Assembly (NCBI GenBank): GCA_008369845.1
Contig: MRSU01002918.1
Location: 1-56,522, forward strand
DNA length: 56,522 nt
DNA from: Trichomonas gallinae
Lineage: Eukaryota
Reading direction: 5' to 3'
Made by a program: the position numbers and the translations under genes. The notes beneath the pieces were generated by a model. It had not been told where the DNA came from and made no database searches. It saw nothing but the letters and a program-made list of their open reading frames with translations. Of this stretch, positions 1 through 10,547 are shown one piece after another; positions within the stretch are counted from its first letter, which is position 1; each line of letters starts with the position of its first letter.

Positions 1-1
1 C

Positions 2-79
2 CAGGAGTACGAAATGTACGAAACAGCTGGTGTCGAGGAACAGGGCGAAGGCGAAGAAGACGAGGAAGCCGAGGCATAA
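2..79 (+). CDS. 3' end of a beta-tubulin gene (truncated by window edge)
   Basis: The frame from base 2 reads QEYEMYETAGVEEQGEGEEDEEAEA*. The EY-x-x-Y followed by an acidic tail matches the beta-tubulin C-terminus. Codon usage is GC-rich, as in highly expressed genes, and the TAA stop lies within a TAAA poly(A) signal. Confidence 0.75.
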   Translation, partial: QEYEMYETAGVEEQGEGEEDEEAEA

Positions 80-215
80 ACACATTATTTAAAACGTTTT
101 TTAAAATTGAAATTCAACATTGTTATCTTTTAACTATTTATATATTAATCTATGCGAGATGAAAAAAAAAAAAAATTCATATATCATATCAAGCAGTCTT
201 TATGACTCACAAAAA

Positions 216-273
216 TAGGGATGCAAATTCGGATCTTCCAGAGTCCAAATTATCTTCCAAAGTTGCATCCCTA
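216..273. mobile_element. Tiny non-autonomous hAT-like element/MITE relic
   Basis: Terminal inverted repeat TAGGGATGCAA (216-226) / TTGCATCCCTA (263-273), extending to 18 bp with 2 mismatches. It resembles the Ac-type hAT TIR TAGGGATGAAA. The flanks CACAAAAA / GCAAAAAA are only a weak 8-bp TSD match. Confidence 0.5.
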
Positions 274-306
274 GCAAAAAATCAATGATTTTATTGGATG
301 ATTTAG

Positions 307-663
307 TCAATGCATTGTAAATTTGAATAACAAACATTCACTTGATGACATGTTATCTAATATTTTGACAAAATAATTTGAATAAGAATATGCACATTTA
401 ATTAATTGACCATGAGCTTTTAACATTTTGACAACTTCATCACGGCCTTCTACGGAAGCCCAAATCAAAGCTGTTCTGTTAGATTTGTCTTTTGATTTTG
501 CATTTAAGCCAGGAGCTGTGGGAAGGAGTTTGACAACTACATGATGACATTCTGTTGAAGCTTTAAATATAACTGTTTCGTTATTTATAATGAAAATTTT
601 TTTAAAATTTTTGACAGTCATAGAATTTGGAGGATAAATGATAATTGTCATGATGCGTGTCAA
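307..663 (-). pseudogene. Ankyrin-repeat gene fragment
   Basis: The ORF contains HHVVVKLL...LNAKSKDKSNRTALIWASVEGRDEVVKML, about 1.5 ankyrin repeats. The flanking translation is degenerate. Confidence 0.7.
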
Positions 664-1191
664 AAAATAAATTTATCAATTGATATTTCATACATCACTT
701 CATGAAACAAATATTCACAGCAACAAAACCGTATTATTTAGTTCCCTCGCATTACATTGGGAACAACGGAAATAATGGTAAACTTTATAAGAAAAGGTGT
801 ATTTGTATAATTCACTAACGGTAAATAGGATTTGCTGTGCATTTTGACACTTTACAATATCAGAATTTTTTAAAAAGTAGAGAAACCTGATGGAGATGTG
901 ACACCTATTCAAATCATATAAATCATAACAAAATATTGAAATCGAATCAACTGGTACTGCTTGCCCTAACACCCTTAAGGTAGTCCAATCCTGAATGCGT
1001 AGTATGCTGAGTGTTCTTCTATTAGAAGATATACTCATCAAATGTGAATAGCACAATACGCTTACTCAAAAAATCATCTGACATTGCAATCTTCTCTCTC
1101 AAATTTGAGGGGAATCCGATATATTGCTAAAGGCTGCTAAAATGATAAATTTTTCTCCCCTAATGAATTGATGCGTTATTAAGGTTATTTT

Positions 1192-1233
1192 GTCACTTTT
1201 GCATATTTCCGTCACTTTTCGATCACCTCATTT
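1192..1233 (+). promoter_or_regulatory. Initiator (Inr)/GTCACTTT core promoter motifs
   Basis: GTCACTTTT occurs twice (~1192, ~1211) and TCATT lies directly before the ATG at 1234, matching the trichomonad Inr TCA(+1)YT/A. Confidence 0.65.
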
Positions 1234-2265
1234 ATGAGCCTTAGCGGAAGCAGCTCTGGCGAATTGGCGAACACGTCCAATTCTGCCAGCTCTGAGCCGG
1301 CTCAGCAGAAAGAAACAAAAGATGACGACGTACCAAAGACAAATTCGCTTTTTCCGACACAGAAACATGATCAACTTCCGCCATCGATACAATTGCTACT
1401 ACAGCAATACATTCTACATGGGAAATTCAAAAACAACAACCAACAGCCGCTATTTTCGAACCCTCAAAACACAACGATTCAAATTCGAATTCCACCAAGA
1501 CCAGAAAAGAAGATAGAATATAAATACGAGGAAGAAGACGAACCGGAAGCGATACAACTCAAAATTCCGCACATAACTAGGCAGAGAGTCAGCATTTCGC
1601 CGAGATTTCTTTCCCGGCCAACGACACCGAACAAATTTCTTCAGCCAAAGAGAGTCCTGACGCCAGACTGGGAGTCATCGAGAGCAGCAACGCCTACAAC
1701 TCCGGAACCAAAACATTTCGAAGATGATTCTGACGAAGAGCCGGAGACAATAATAGAATGGAACAAGCGGGATATGCTTGATCATCACAAAACACTCGAA
1801 ATTTTAGAAAATAGAATCATTTACGGATTTGATGATAAAATTCAACATCCAGCACAGTCAATAGACTTGATATACAAGGGATTTACTGTAGTTATGTCTG
1901 AAGAAGAGCATCAAAAGACAGAAAGATACAACCAAGAAAATGAAATTCATATAGTTCCTCGTTTTTGGGATCCAAGACCCTGGGATAAGCCAGATGACTT
2001 GCTTTCTGTTGAACAATCAGATGAACTAGAAAATAAGATGACATTAGCATCATTGCCGCATCCAACAAAATTATCACAACTAAAATCTTCCCATTCGTCA
2101 AAGAAAGGCGCAATTAAGCGCTCGCAGAGTGTAATGATCGGATCAACACCAAGAAGAGGCAGACCTCGAAGAATCCAAACAGATTCTAACTCACTGCTGC
2201 TACCAATAGGAACATTCGAAACAGACGACGAAACACAGTTCAGTGAATGGGAAGATTTTATTTGA
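1234..2265 (+). CDS. Hypothetical low-complexity Pro/Ser/acidic protein (343 aa)
   Basis: Long ORF with Inr motifs upstream. No family recognised. Confidence 0.85.
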   Translation: MSLSGSSSGELANTSNSASSEPAQQKETKDDDVPKTNSLFPTQKHDQLPPSIQLLLQQYILHGKFKNNNQQPLFSNPQNTTIQIRIPPRPEKKIEYKYEEEDEPEAIQLKIPHITRQRVSISPRFLSRPTTPNKFLQPKRVLTPDWESSRAATPTTPEPKHFEDDSDEEPETIIEWNKRDMLDHHKTLEILENRIIYGFDDKIQHPAQSIDLIYKGFTVVMSEEEHQKTERYNQENEIHIVPRFWDPRPWDKPDDLLSVEQSDELENKMTLASLPHPTKLSQLKSSHSSKKGAIKRSQSVMIGSTPRRGRPRRIQTDSNSLLLPIGTFETDDETQFSEWEDFI

Positions 2266-2586
2266 CCATATATATTGTTTTGTTATATATATATATTTTA
2301 TAAAGTGTATGTTTGTTATTTCGTATTTGGTACAAGTTTATTGGTTCATTCTATTGATAAAATTGGATCAAATTGTGGTCTTTTTATTGAAATTTTTATT
2401 ATTAAATAAACCAATATAGGAGCTTTCTATTGTATCATAACTCTTGATGAAAACAAGTATTATAGCGCATTTTCTAGTTACCATATCAAAATATTATGAT
2501 ATAATAACTAGAAAAAGATCATTAATGCTTAATCGATGATTTTCAAGAAATTTGTATTTTCTTGAAAAATTCGACAGAAACTCGTC

Positions 2587-2642
2587 TGCAGATGCTATCT
2601 GAAATGATTTTAAAACATATTCACATACAGATTGCATCTGCA
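2587..2642. repeat. 15-bp inverted repeat (56-bp hairpin)
   Basis: TGCAGATGCTATCTG (2587-2601) / CAGATTGCATCTGCA (2628-2642), 14/15 complementary. Confidence 0.7.
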
Positions 2643-2882
2643 TAAAAGTAAAGAAGATTTCCTATGTTTATCGTGAGATGAATAATGTATTAAACAAAAT
2701 TAACAATATAGACATAATTTTTAACTTTTTCCACAAGCGCATTTTTCTTATTCTCAATTGCAATATATTTCAATAGCGAAATACAAATTCTAACTCCCTA
2801 AAATATTACACAGCTTGAAGAAATCACGATGGAGAAAAAAAAAAGTTATAATTAATAAAAGAAATATAAACAAATATTTATT

Positions 2883-5800
2883 CTAATTCGCATAATTAAA
2901 TGCAGGTGTTGCTGACGAAAGGTTCTGTCTATGTATTGTTGATGCAATTGAAAAATCTCTGAACAGGTTTTGGTATCTAGCGAAGACATCCAGGCATTCG
3001 AATGGAATAACATGGACTCTTGCATCACTTGAGAGAATCAAAGCATTCTCATTATCATGCTCGGGTAAAATGTCTTTGATTGGACTTAATGAGTTTTCTA
3101 ACTCACCAATGAATCTGACGAACTCAGGATTGTTCGTCTTCATTGCTTCTCTTGCAAACGAAGAAGTGATTTCAATGTTGTTCGTTGTTGATGTAGATTT
3201 GATTGACTTGATGTTTGGCTTCTTGACTGGCTTTTTTCCTTTCTGCTGGTTGCTAGCTGCGACTGATTTCTGCGCTTCATCATTTGCGTCAACTTTCGGT
3301 GTCGCAATGATTTGCTTGAAAATGTCATATCTCATGTTGACATCATCCAAGTCGATTGTTATCATTCTGCTTGTAATTACTTCTTTCTCTACAAAGCTGA
3401 TTGTTGATGCTTCAAGGCCGTCGCCTAAATCTTCTATTATAATCAAAGTTAATTTTCTTTGCAGACAGAAATTCTTGATTTCGTCATAAGTTACATTGAA
3501 AATAACTGCATTTGTTGCTGATTTGATCTGTGAGAAGTAATTCATTGATGTAGAATACATGGCTGATGTACTAGGATTGAAGAATCTCTTCCTTAATCTT
3601 TCAGCTTCGTGGACGAAAATCAATTCTCTGTTGTCTGGTGCTGAATTTGCTTCCAAGTCAATCATTCTCGCCAAATAAGCAGCACTGCCTTGTGCAACTA
3701 AGAACTGGAATATTGCGCCTTTAGAGTCTGTTTCTTTAAGAATATCAAACAGTTCGACAGCAAGAGTTCCAGCCTTTTGATATTCGCAAGATTGAATGAG
3801 CATAGTCACTGCAGAAATCATGTGATTGACTGAATTTTGCAATGTGACGTTGTCTTCTGCAACGAAATGAATGCATTGGCCGAGCAGCATTGTCATGTTT
3901 GTCTTTAGCCTTTCAGGAATATAGTGGATATTCTGAATTGCGCTGAACCTCAAAATAGCAGCAGAAGGAGATAAATCTTGAAGCGGCTGCTGTGTTTTGT
4001 CGACGAATTCAGCGTAGAGAGACGAATGCGAGCCGAGAACATCATAATCTATGCCTTGTTTTTCGTATTTGTTGATAGTTGGAGCGAATTTGACAACAAT
4101 TGTTCCGAACAAATTAATTGCTTCAACCAGTCTTATTAACTGCGGCAAGCTTTCGTCTTCTCCGAGATCGCAGACTGAGTTATAGCAGTCTTCAGTGAGT
4201 TCAATGACTTCTCTTATCTGATTTCCAACATCTCTGAATTCGACAACATCCCTCGGGAAATTATCTGATTCCAAAGCTCTCGAGCACAATGAAGTGAAAA
4301 CATCAATGCCACAGCATGTCGTTAAGTCTGGGTTGTAAGTCTTAATGAGTGCTGAGCAGTCCAAAGGTGCAATGAACTGTGCAGAAGATTTCATCATTGA
4401 GTCCAATTTCATCTGCTCGAAAATTGAAGATGGTTTGAGCTGTTTCAATGCTGAATCAATTAAATGTAAAGTAAACTGAGGATTTCCACCAATTGTGAAA
4501 GATGTCTTAAACCATTCGAGCCAGAAGTCGAATGTAGCCTTTCCGACTTTGCTAGATTCCATGATTAAATCAGTCGCGAGCTCGAAATGACCTGATCTAG
4601 ATTCGACTAAAGCAAGCATTCTTTGGCAAACCGATTTAGTTGAAAAATCATTTAGTTGCTCAGCTTGTGACATTGCTGTATTAATCAAATACAATGCGTT
4701 TGTGTATTCGCCGAATTCCAATTCTATTTCTGCTGATTTTATCAGCAATTTTCTCAGTGGTGGAAGTTTGCAGGGTAGATCTGTTTTGTATCTTCCAACG
4801 ATTTCGTGCCAGTTGTGCATTTCTGCTTCTGTCAATGCGAAATCTGTCGGGAAAGGAGTAGTGCAGACAATGTTTAGCCTGTCTAAAAACAGCCTAAACT
4901 TGAGCTGCACGTAATGTTCATATCTTGGGCAATTCAATGTTTTGATTGATGCGAATAGTTGGTACCATAATTTAAGCATTTGGTATTCATATCCAGCGAA
5001 AGAACAAACATCGATTATCTGGACTAATTCTTGAACAACTTCTTCCAGATCCTGGTAATTGATGTGTTTATGAGATTCTGCTCCTTGTATCATCTGTATC
5101 CATCCACTTGCTGCTCCATTGTCAACGAATGTTGCTGGCGTTTCTTCTTTTTGTATTGCGTTTTTGTCTTTGTGCGATAATCTTGCTTTCATCTTTGATT
5201 TCTTTGTTTCTGAGTCGTCATCTTCTGAGACAACATTTAACTGAACTGTTTGCATCCACAAATCGTTGGCAAGACTTATTGCTTGTTTGACCAAATCTTT
5301 AAATTTTTCTTTGTCTTTTGTCGTCGTTATCTCTAAAGCTAGAATGTGAATCTTGCATGCATTGATTTCCGCTCCTGGTTTATCAGCAATTGCAGCTTGT
5401 GCATCTTCAATTACTTTGTCGACAATATCTGAGTCAGCCTTGTTGTGTCTCAGCCATTTCGCGAAATTCAAGTTCGCTCTGAATCTTTCCATTACATCCA
5501 CTTGTCTCAAGCTATCAATTGCTTTTTCAAGCGCTGTGCACTGAACAATTGGGTCTGTCGCTAAGTCAGCAACGAATGACCACAAGTCACTTTGGTACTT
5601 AGAGTCTCCGAGCTGTTTAACTCTGAGCATTTCATCCAATAATGCGCTCTGCTTCTTTTCACAATCGAGTTTGTTTGTTATTATTAAATTCAGTCTCCAT
5701 AAATCAGCATGAACAGCTTTGTTTAAGACAGTGATAGCTTCCTGCATCGCCTTTCTTGCTCCTTTCCATTCCCCTTGGTCAATAAACGCTTGAATTAATA

Positions 5801-8777
5801 TATGATATAATCTAACACTGTTTTTGTCATCTATGCCAACACTTTTTGCCAGTTTCATTGCATCAGGAAGATGTGGAGCTATCATCATTCTAAATATTGG
5901 GAATTCTTCGCCTTCTGATATACAAGCGCAGAAATACTGCAGGCTGAGACGAGCGTTGTCTAACGATTTCGCTTTATTAAAGAAATCGATCGATTTCAAA
6001 AAGTCAACTGATGCATCTCTCCTTAAATTGTCTTGGCAAGAAAATTCTTGCAGAGCTGGTTGAATTAATTTAAGATATGTCATTCCTCTGCAGAAATGTG
6101 CCAAGCCTAAATGATAATGATCATCCCTATTTGCTGGTTTAGGAATTAATTCGATTGTTTTTGAGGCAGAATCAATTGCAAGTTGATGCATATCTAATCT
6201 CATTGATTTTTCGCTGATCAAAGCTTGTATCATCGGATCTGTAACTGTTGTATATATCTGAGCAAGTGTTTCTGCTTTGTGCTGAACTTTATCGTTCATT
6301 ATTGTTGCTATATTCGACAAATTCGAAAAATCTGTGTCAGAAAGATTCGGTGGAGGAGCATTTCTTTTCGCGAAAACTTCAACTAATCTATCAACCAAAG
6401 ATTTCTTTTCAGAAACAGTAACAACATAAGGAATAGCTTTCATTAATGTGTCTTCTGCCTGTTTTAACAGTTTCTGTTTCGCTGGATCCATTGCCGGATT
6501 TTTTTTCTTTGCCTGATTATTCGGCTGCTGTTGTTGCTGCTGTGGAGGTTCAACGCACATCGATAATATGATGCTAACATAATAATTAGTCATGTGCCCA
6601 CATAATTGTCTCGCTGGGTAGAAATCTATTATGTCAAACAACGTTGTCACGCATTCGCCAACGAATTCTAAAACATCTTGACATTGTTGAGGTGGCGAAT
6701 TAACAAGATATGAATTCCAGAATTGCGCAATTGCATTAAAACCTAGTCTGTTCTTTCTAATATTGTAGACATTTGCAACTTGTTGATAGGCTGGGTCTGA
6801 TAAGTCAGCCAAGCTCACTGAGCCACTTTTTGCAGCGGATGAACCTCCTTTTGATTTCGGAGAATTTGTGTTTTGATTTGTCAACTCTTCAAAACCTTTT
6901 GCGTACAAAATATTCCATACGAAGACTGGTCCTGATGCAGGGAAAGTATTCTTCTTGAGGTCCCTCATGTTATTGACAACGAAATTAACGAATTCAACGC
7001 AAACTAATTTGTTCTTTTCTTTCGATTTAAATATGGCTTGAATTCCCATAACAATTGTTTCGCATTGTATTTCAATCGCGTAATCATAGACAACTGGATC
7101 CCATTTAATCTCAGTGAACTCGAGACAAATTTGCACAGTCTTGTCGTAGTTTCCGCTGTTCATTGTTGCTTTGACTATTTCGTTCCATATTTTAGCTATG
7201 TAAGCTGCAGTGTCAGCTTCAACTTGTTTTGCTTTTTCCGAGAAATCTTTCACCATCATCAGAGCCATATCTATGTTATCCTCCGTCACATTCTTCTGGA
7301 AGAGGAACTGCATGGCTTGGTCAAGTGGATCTGATTGTTGTATCAAAGGATCAAGCATTATTGACGTTTGTCTCATTTCTGGAATTAAAAATCTATCGAA
7401 CGGATGAGTTAGTTTAGACTGATGATCAGGGATGTAATAATCGATTGATGCTGCTTGTTTGAGTTGATCTAATGCTCTGTTTGGTTCACCAAGAGCATTT
7501 AGAACTTTCGACATAACAAAAATCATTTGTGAAAGCATAGGATAAACCTGGCAGCCCATTTTTGTCAAAATTTCGATTGCTCCTTGTAACGGCTTAACTA
7601 ACAAATCAGGTTTGTCTAATATCATCAAAGTATTCGACCACAGGGCAACAGCTGCATCTTGTACTATCACAGCATCGCTCTGCTGGAAAGCTTGCTGCAT
7701 AATATGATGCAAATTCGTTATCGAAGTAATTCTTTCATCTACTGTTTGTTGCTTTCCTAAATTTAATTCTGCAGTTATCAGTGCTGCGTGGAATTTCGCC
7801 AATTGTGATCTAGCTGATGAAGCTCTTGCCTGGCAATCATTTGCCAGCTGTGTTGCTCCGATGTGTAATGCGTATCTACCGATTTCTCCGATTGTTATTT
7901 CAGCTGCTGTTGTGTCGTCATTATCTTTTTTAGAATCAACGACTTGGCAAAGTATTTTGAAGGATTCTTGTATATCTTTTGGATTTGTTTGTCCTAGGGA
8001 TGCAGATGATTGATATAAAATGATTGCTTTTTGAACTTGTTCATTTAATTCTAATTTCATTTTTAGTAAAGGTGCAACAGATTTCCTCGAAAAATGCACA
8101 AATATGTGCAATAACGAATATCTGAGCTGTTGTAAATTTGTTGGAATGTGCGTAAATAGTTTTTGTATTAATTTCGAAGCTTCATCTGCTTTTGACAAAT
8201 CATCAAGAATACAGCCATACAACAGGCACAAAGCTATATACAAGCGTAAATTGACATTGAACTTCTGTGATAAATGAGTTTCTAGCAAAGGAACAGCGAT
8301 TGATAAAATACTTTGTAAATTATATCTTTCTTCATTTGGAAAGAATGGACGTGCTATATCATACAAAACGAAGCATGCGCGCAAAGCAAGAGGCTGATAA
8401 AGCGGGTGTTCTTGTATTGCTTTAAAAGCTCTTTGTAATATGTCTATTGCTTTAATATTGAACTCTCTGGCCTTCATTCCACGCTCTGATTGACCTCTGA
8501 AGTTGCTAATTAAAGCTTGTACAATTAACGATCTTACTTGATATTGATTTAAAGGTTCTTGTAGATGACTATATGTTGTAATTATCTTTTCAGCGCGATC
8601 TATGTTAGCTTTTGTATATGGTTTCGGTAAATCAAAGAATCTTTCCGCGAGAAGTATGTAAATGTCTGATGAAATCGGTTCTCCGGATGAAGAAAGGAGC
8701 TTATTATAGACAGTTATCAAGTTTTGCTCCGTTGGTTTTGTCTCAGAGGACAAAATCAAACGGATATTTTGCTCCAT
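2883..8777 (-). CDS. CFAP46: CFAP46/TTC40-like flagellar TPR-type helical protein (1964 aa)
   Basis: Very long helical/TPR-like ORF. The C-terminal ALILSSDARVHVIPFECLDVF...RDFS resembles the CFAP46 C-terminal LLELPLEGL...SR(D/E)FS motif. The assignment is from recall and needs an HMM check. Confidence 0.65.
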   Translation of the reverse strand: MEQNIRLILSSETKPTEQNLITVYNKLLSSSGEPISSDIYILLAERFFDLPKPYTKANIDRAEKIITTYSHLQEPLNQYQVRSLIVQALISNFRGQSERGMKAREFNIKAIDILQRAFKAIQEHPLYQPLALRACFVLYDIARPFFPNEERYNLQSILSIAVPLLETHLSQKFNVNLRLYIALCLLYGCILDDLSKADEASKLIQKLFTHIPTNLQQLRYSLLHIFVHFSRKSVAPLLKMKLELNEQVQKAIILYQSSASLGQTNPKDIQESFKILCQVVDSKKDNDDTTAAEITIGEIGRYALHIGATQLANDCQARASSARSQLAKFHAALITAELNLGKQQTVDERITSITNLHHIMQQAFQQSDAVIVQDAAVALWSNTLMILDKPDLLVKPLQGAIEILTKMGCQVYPMLSQMIFVMSKVLNALGEPNRALDQLKQAASIDYYIPDHQSKLTHPFDRFLIPEMRQTSIMLDPLIQQSDPLDQAMQFLFQKNVTEDNIDMALMMVKDFSEKAKQVEADTAAYIAKIWNEIVKATMNSGNYDKTVQICLEFTEIKWDPVVYDYAIEIQCETIVMGIQAIFKSKEKNKLVCVEFVNFVVNNMRDLKKNTFPASGPVFVWNILYAKGFEELTNQNTNSPKSKGGSSAAKSGSVSLADLSDPAYQQVANVYNIRKNRLGFNAIAQFWNSYLVNSPPQQCQDVLEFVGECVTTLFDIIDFYPARQLCGHMTNYYVSIILSMCVEPPQQQQQQPNNQAKKKNPAMDPAKQKLLKQAEDTLMKAIPYVVTVSEKKSLVDRLVEVFAKRNAPPPNLSDTDFSNLSNIATIMNDKVQHKAETLAQIYTTVTDPMIQALISEKSMRLDMHQLAIDSASKTIELIPKPANRDDHYHLGLAHFCRGMTYLKLIQPALQEFSCQDNLRRDASVDFLKSIDFFNKAKSLDNARLSLQYFCACISEGEEFPIFRMMIAPHLPDAMKLAKSVGIDDKNSVRLYHILIQAFIDQGEWKGARKAMQEAITVLNKAVHADLWRLNLIITNKLDCEKKQSALLDEMLRVKQLGDSKYQSDLWSFVADLATDPIVQCTALEKAIDSLRQVDVMERFRANLNFAKWLRHNKADSDIVDKVIEDAQAAIADKPGAEINACKIHILALEITTTKDKEKFKDLVKQAISLANDLWMQTVQLNVVSEDDDSETKKSKMKARLSHKDKNAIQKEETPATFVDNGAASGWIQMIQGAESHKHINYQDLEEVVQELVQIIDVCSFAGYEYQMLKLWYQLFASIKTLNCPRYEHYVQLKFRLFLDRLNIVCTTPFPTDFALTEAEMHNWHEIVGRYKTDLPCKLPPLRKLLIKSAEIELEFGEYTNALYLINTAMSQAEQLNDFSTKSVCQRMLALVESRSGHFELATDLIMESSKVGKATFDFWLEWFKTSFTIGGNPQFTLHLIDSALKQLKPSSIFEQMKLDSMMKSSAQFIAPLDCSALIKTYNPDLTTCCGIDVFTSLCSRALESDNFPRDVVEFRDVGNQIREVIELTEDCYNSVCDLGEDESLPQLIRLVEAINLFGTIVVKFAPTINKYEKQGIDYDVLGSHSSLYAEFVDKTQQPLQDLSPSAAILRFSAIQNIHYIPERLKTNMTMLLGQCIHFVAEDNVTLQNSVNHMISAVTMLIQSCEYQKAGTLAVELFDILKETDSKGAIFQFLVAQGSAAYLARMIDLEANSAPDNRELIFVHEAERLRKRFFNPSTSAMYSTSMNYFSQIKSATNAVIFNVTYDEIKNFCLQRKLTLIIIEDLGDGLEASTISFVEKEVITSRMITIDLDDVNMRYDIFKQIIATPKVDANDEAQKSVAASNQQKGKKPVKKPNIKSIKSTSTTNNIEITSSFAREAMKTNNPEFVRFIGELENSLSPIKDILPEHDNENALILSSDARVHVIPFECLDVFARYQNLFRDFSIASTIHRQNLSSATPAFNYAN

Positions 8778-9070
8778 TTTTATAAATTAAACTGACACTT
8801 AAATCGAAGGGTTAACCGAATAATTGAGGGAAAATTTTTAATTAAAAAGGGGTATGAATACTTAGAAAGGGGTGTTTATCAGCATAAAAATAGGGGAATA
8901 AAAATATAAAAAAGGGGACTTTTAGTTCAAGATATAAATATAAAATAAGAGGAAATGCCCTATATTTTCTGAGCTTTTCGCACATCCCTAGTGGTATGAT
9001 AAACAAATCTGTTTGCTTCTATTTATAACCAAAATTATGGATTTAAAAAATCATACCAAACAGAGCATGG

Positions 9071-9149
9071 CAATTTGACACAACCTCTGACAATTTGACA
9101 CAACCTCTGACGATTTGACAAGACCTCTGACAGTTTAACAATATACCTC
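9071..9149. repeat. 20-bp tandem repeat, ~3.5-4 copies
   Basis: Unit CAATTTGACACAACCTCTGA at 9071 and 9091, a variant at 9111 and a decayed copy at 9131. Confidence 0.9.
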
Positions 9150-9340
9150 GTTTTGGTACATTTTTCAAGACAATATTTACGCATATTTTTAAGACAAAGA
9201 TAAAGCATTCGTGGGATGATTTTTATGATAATGAAGATAAGATTGTACCTGAGAGACAGAATTACAATCAATATGCAGCATATAATATTTCGCTGGAAAA
9301 TAATTACTATATTTCAAATGATGAATTTATTTCCATATAT

Positions 9341-10204
9341 ATGAGGTGCATACTGCTGCTTTCTCAATCAGATTATATGAAAATGTTAATTGAAGAATCT
9401 GTGTTTAATGAAATAAAAAATGGATTTAATTCAAAACCATTTGTATCAGGTAACTGCATTTATGTTGAAAGAAGTCAATGTGTCCAAAACAGAGTATGCA
9501 GTTATAAATGCTACTTAAATACCAATTCATATGGACATCATTCGATTGTGCATTCAAACCCTTCATCAGAATCGAAAAACTATATAAATATGACATCAAT
9601 CAGTCCTCAAAACCATCAAATAATTGGTTTTGGTTGTGTATATTGTTATAATGGTTCTATTCGTTTTTCAAATTTGAATATAACACAAAGTACATGCAAT
9701 CAATGTCATTGTTTTGTAATAATATCAAAAAATGGAAATATTTCTTATGTTTCTTTTTCGTATTTTTGCGATAATTTTGATTACACAAATCAAGATTATA
9801 GATATGGGTTAAATTTTGTTTCAAATGCAATAATGAGTTCATGTATATTACTTAGAAATAACATAACAGCGTTAATCCACATTAATCAACAAGCAAAAGC
9901 TACAATTTCAAAATGTATCATCAAATATAATGTTGGAGATAAATTGATATATTCAGGTGGAAATTTAACAATCATCGACTCTTTAGTTTCTGAGAATGTC
10001 GGGGCAGATATTATTTATTCTTATATGAATTCTGTTAATACAAATAACATGATTACAAAACAATTTAATCTTGAGTTTAGCCTTCTCAGCACAGCATATT
10101 GTTTAACAGAAAAGCCGATGTCAAATGATGAAACACTTCTCATTGAATTTAATATAAATTTGTATCGAAAACTGCTTCCAGGATTTCACTTTTTCCTCAA
10201 TTAA
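9341..10204 (+). CDS. Cys/Asn-rich trichomonad multigene-family protein, probably 5'-damaged
   Basis: 287-aa ORF with a beta-helix-like Cys/Asn pattern and an LLSTAYC C-terminal motif. The frame is open without an ATG back to 9131 and includes family-like SWDDFY. Confidence 0.65.
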   Translation: MRCILLLSQSDYMKMLIEESVFNEIKNGFNSKPFVSGNCIYVERSQCVQNRVCSYKCYLNTNSYGHHSIVHSNPSSESKNYINMTSISPQNHQIIGFGCVYCYNGSIRFSNLNITQSTCNQCHCFVIISKNGNISYVSFSYFCDNFDYTNQDYRYGLNFVSNAIMSSCILLRNNITALIHINQQAKATISKCIIKYNVGDKLIYSGGNLTIIDSLVSENVGADIIYSYMNSVNTNNMITKQFNLEFSLLSTAYCLTEKPMSNDETLLIEFNINLYRKLLPGFHFFLN

Positions 10205-10309
10205 ACTGGAATTAAATAATTATTAATAATATTCTGAATTATTAATTAAACCGACGTAAATATTATTCTAGTTTAATTATTAATTATTATTTACTTCAGT
10301 AAATTTAAA

Positions 10310-10365
10310 TTTTGACATGTAAACACAATATTCTGATTTGTAAAATACATTTTGACAATGTAGAA
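10310..10365. repeat. Three degenerate copies of a TTTTGACAATGTAAAA-type unit
   Basis: TTTTGACATGTAAA, TTCTGATTTGTAAAA and TTTTGACAATGTAGAA at ~20-bp spacing. Same family as 12225-12322. Confidence 0.65.
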
Positions 10366-10547
10366 TCACTAAAGTTTTCTTGAAATCAACGCATGCCGTC
10401 TTGATGGAAACCTTGACATAATCCTGTTGAAGCAACAATCGTTACAGTTAAGAAATTGCAAAATTTATAAAAAATGAATAATTTCTATACGAATTTACAT
10501 AACAATTTTAATATAGAACACTCTATAGAGGATCTGATGATAACAGA

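Noticed and set aside
715..1150. 113-aa ORF and coding-like composition
   Set aside because: Non-ATG start, no recognisable motif and stops in the plus-strand frames I read. It may be decayed coding DNA but cannot be supported.
3070..7417. Multiple short ORFs overlapping the CFAP46-like gene (likewise inside the BEACH, VPS9, ARM, FHA and Bap-like genes)
   Set aside because: Antisense or alternate-frame by-products of long coding regions, mostly with non-ATG starts.
9071..9149. Short regular repeats as a CRISPR array (also 12225-12322)
   Set aside because: The units are contiguous with no unique spacers, there are no cas genes and the context is eukaryotic.
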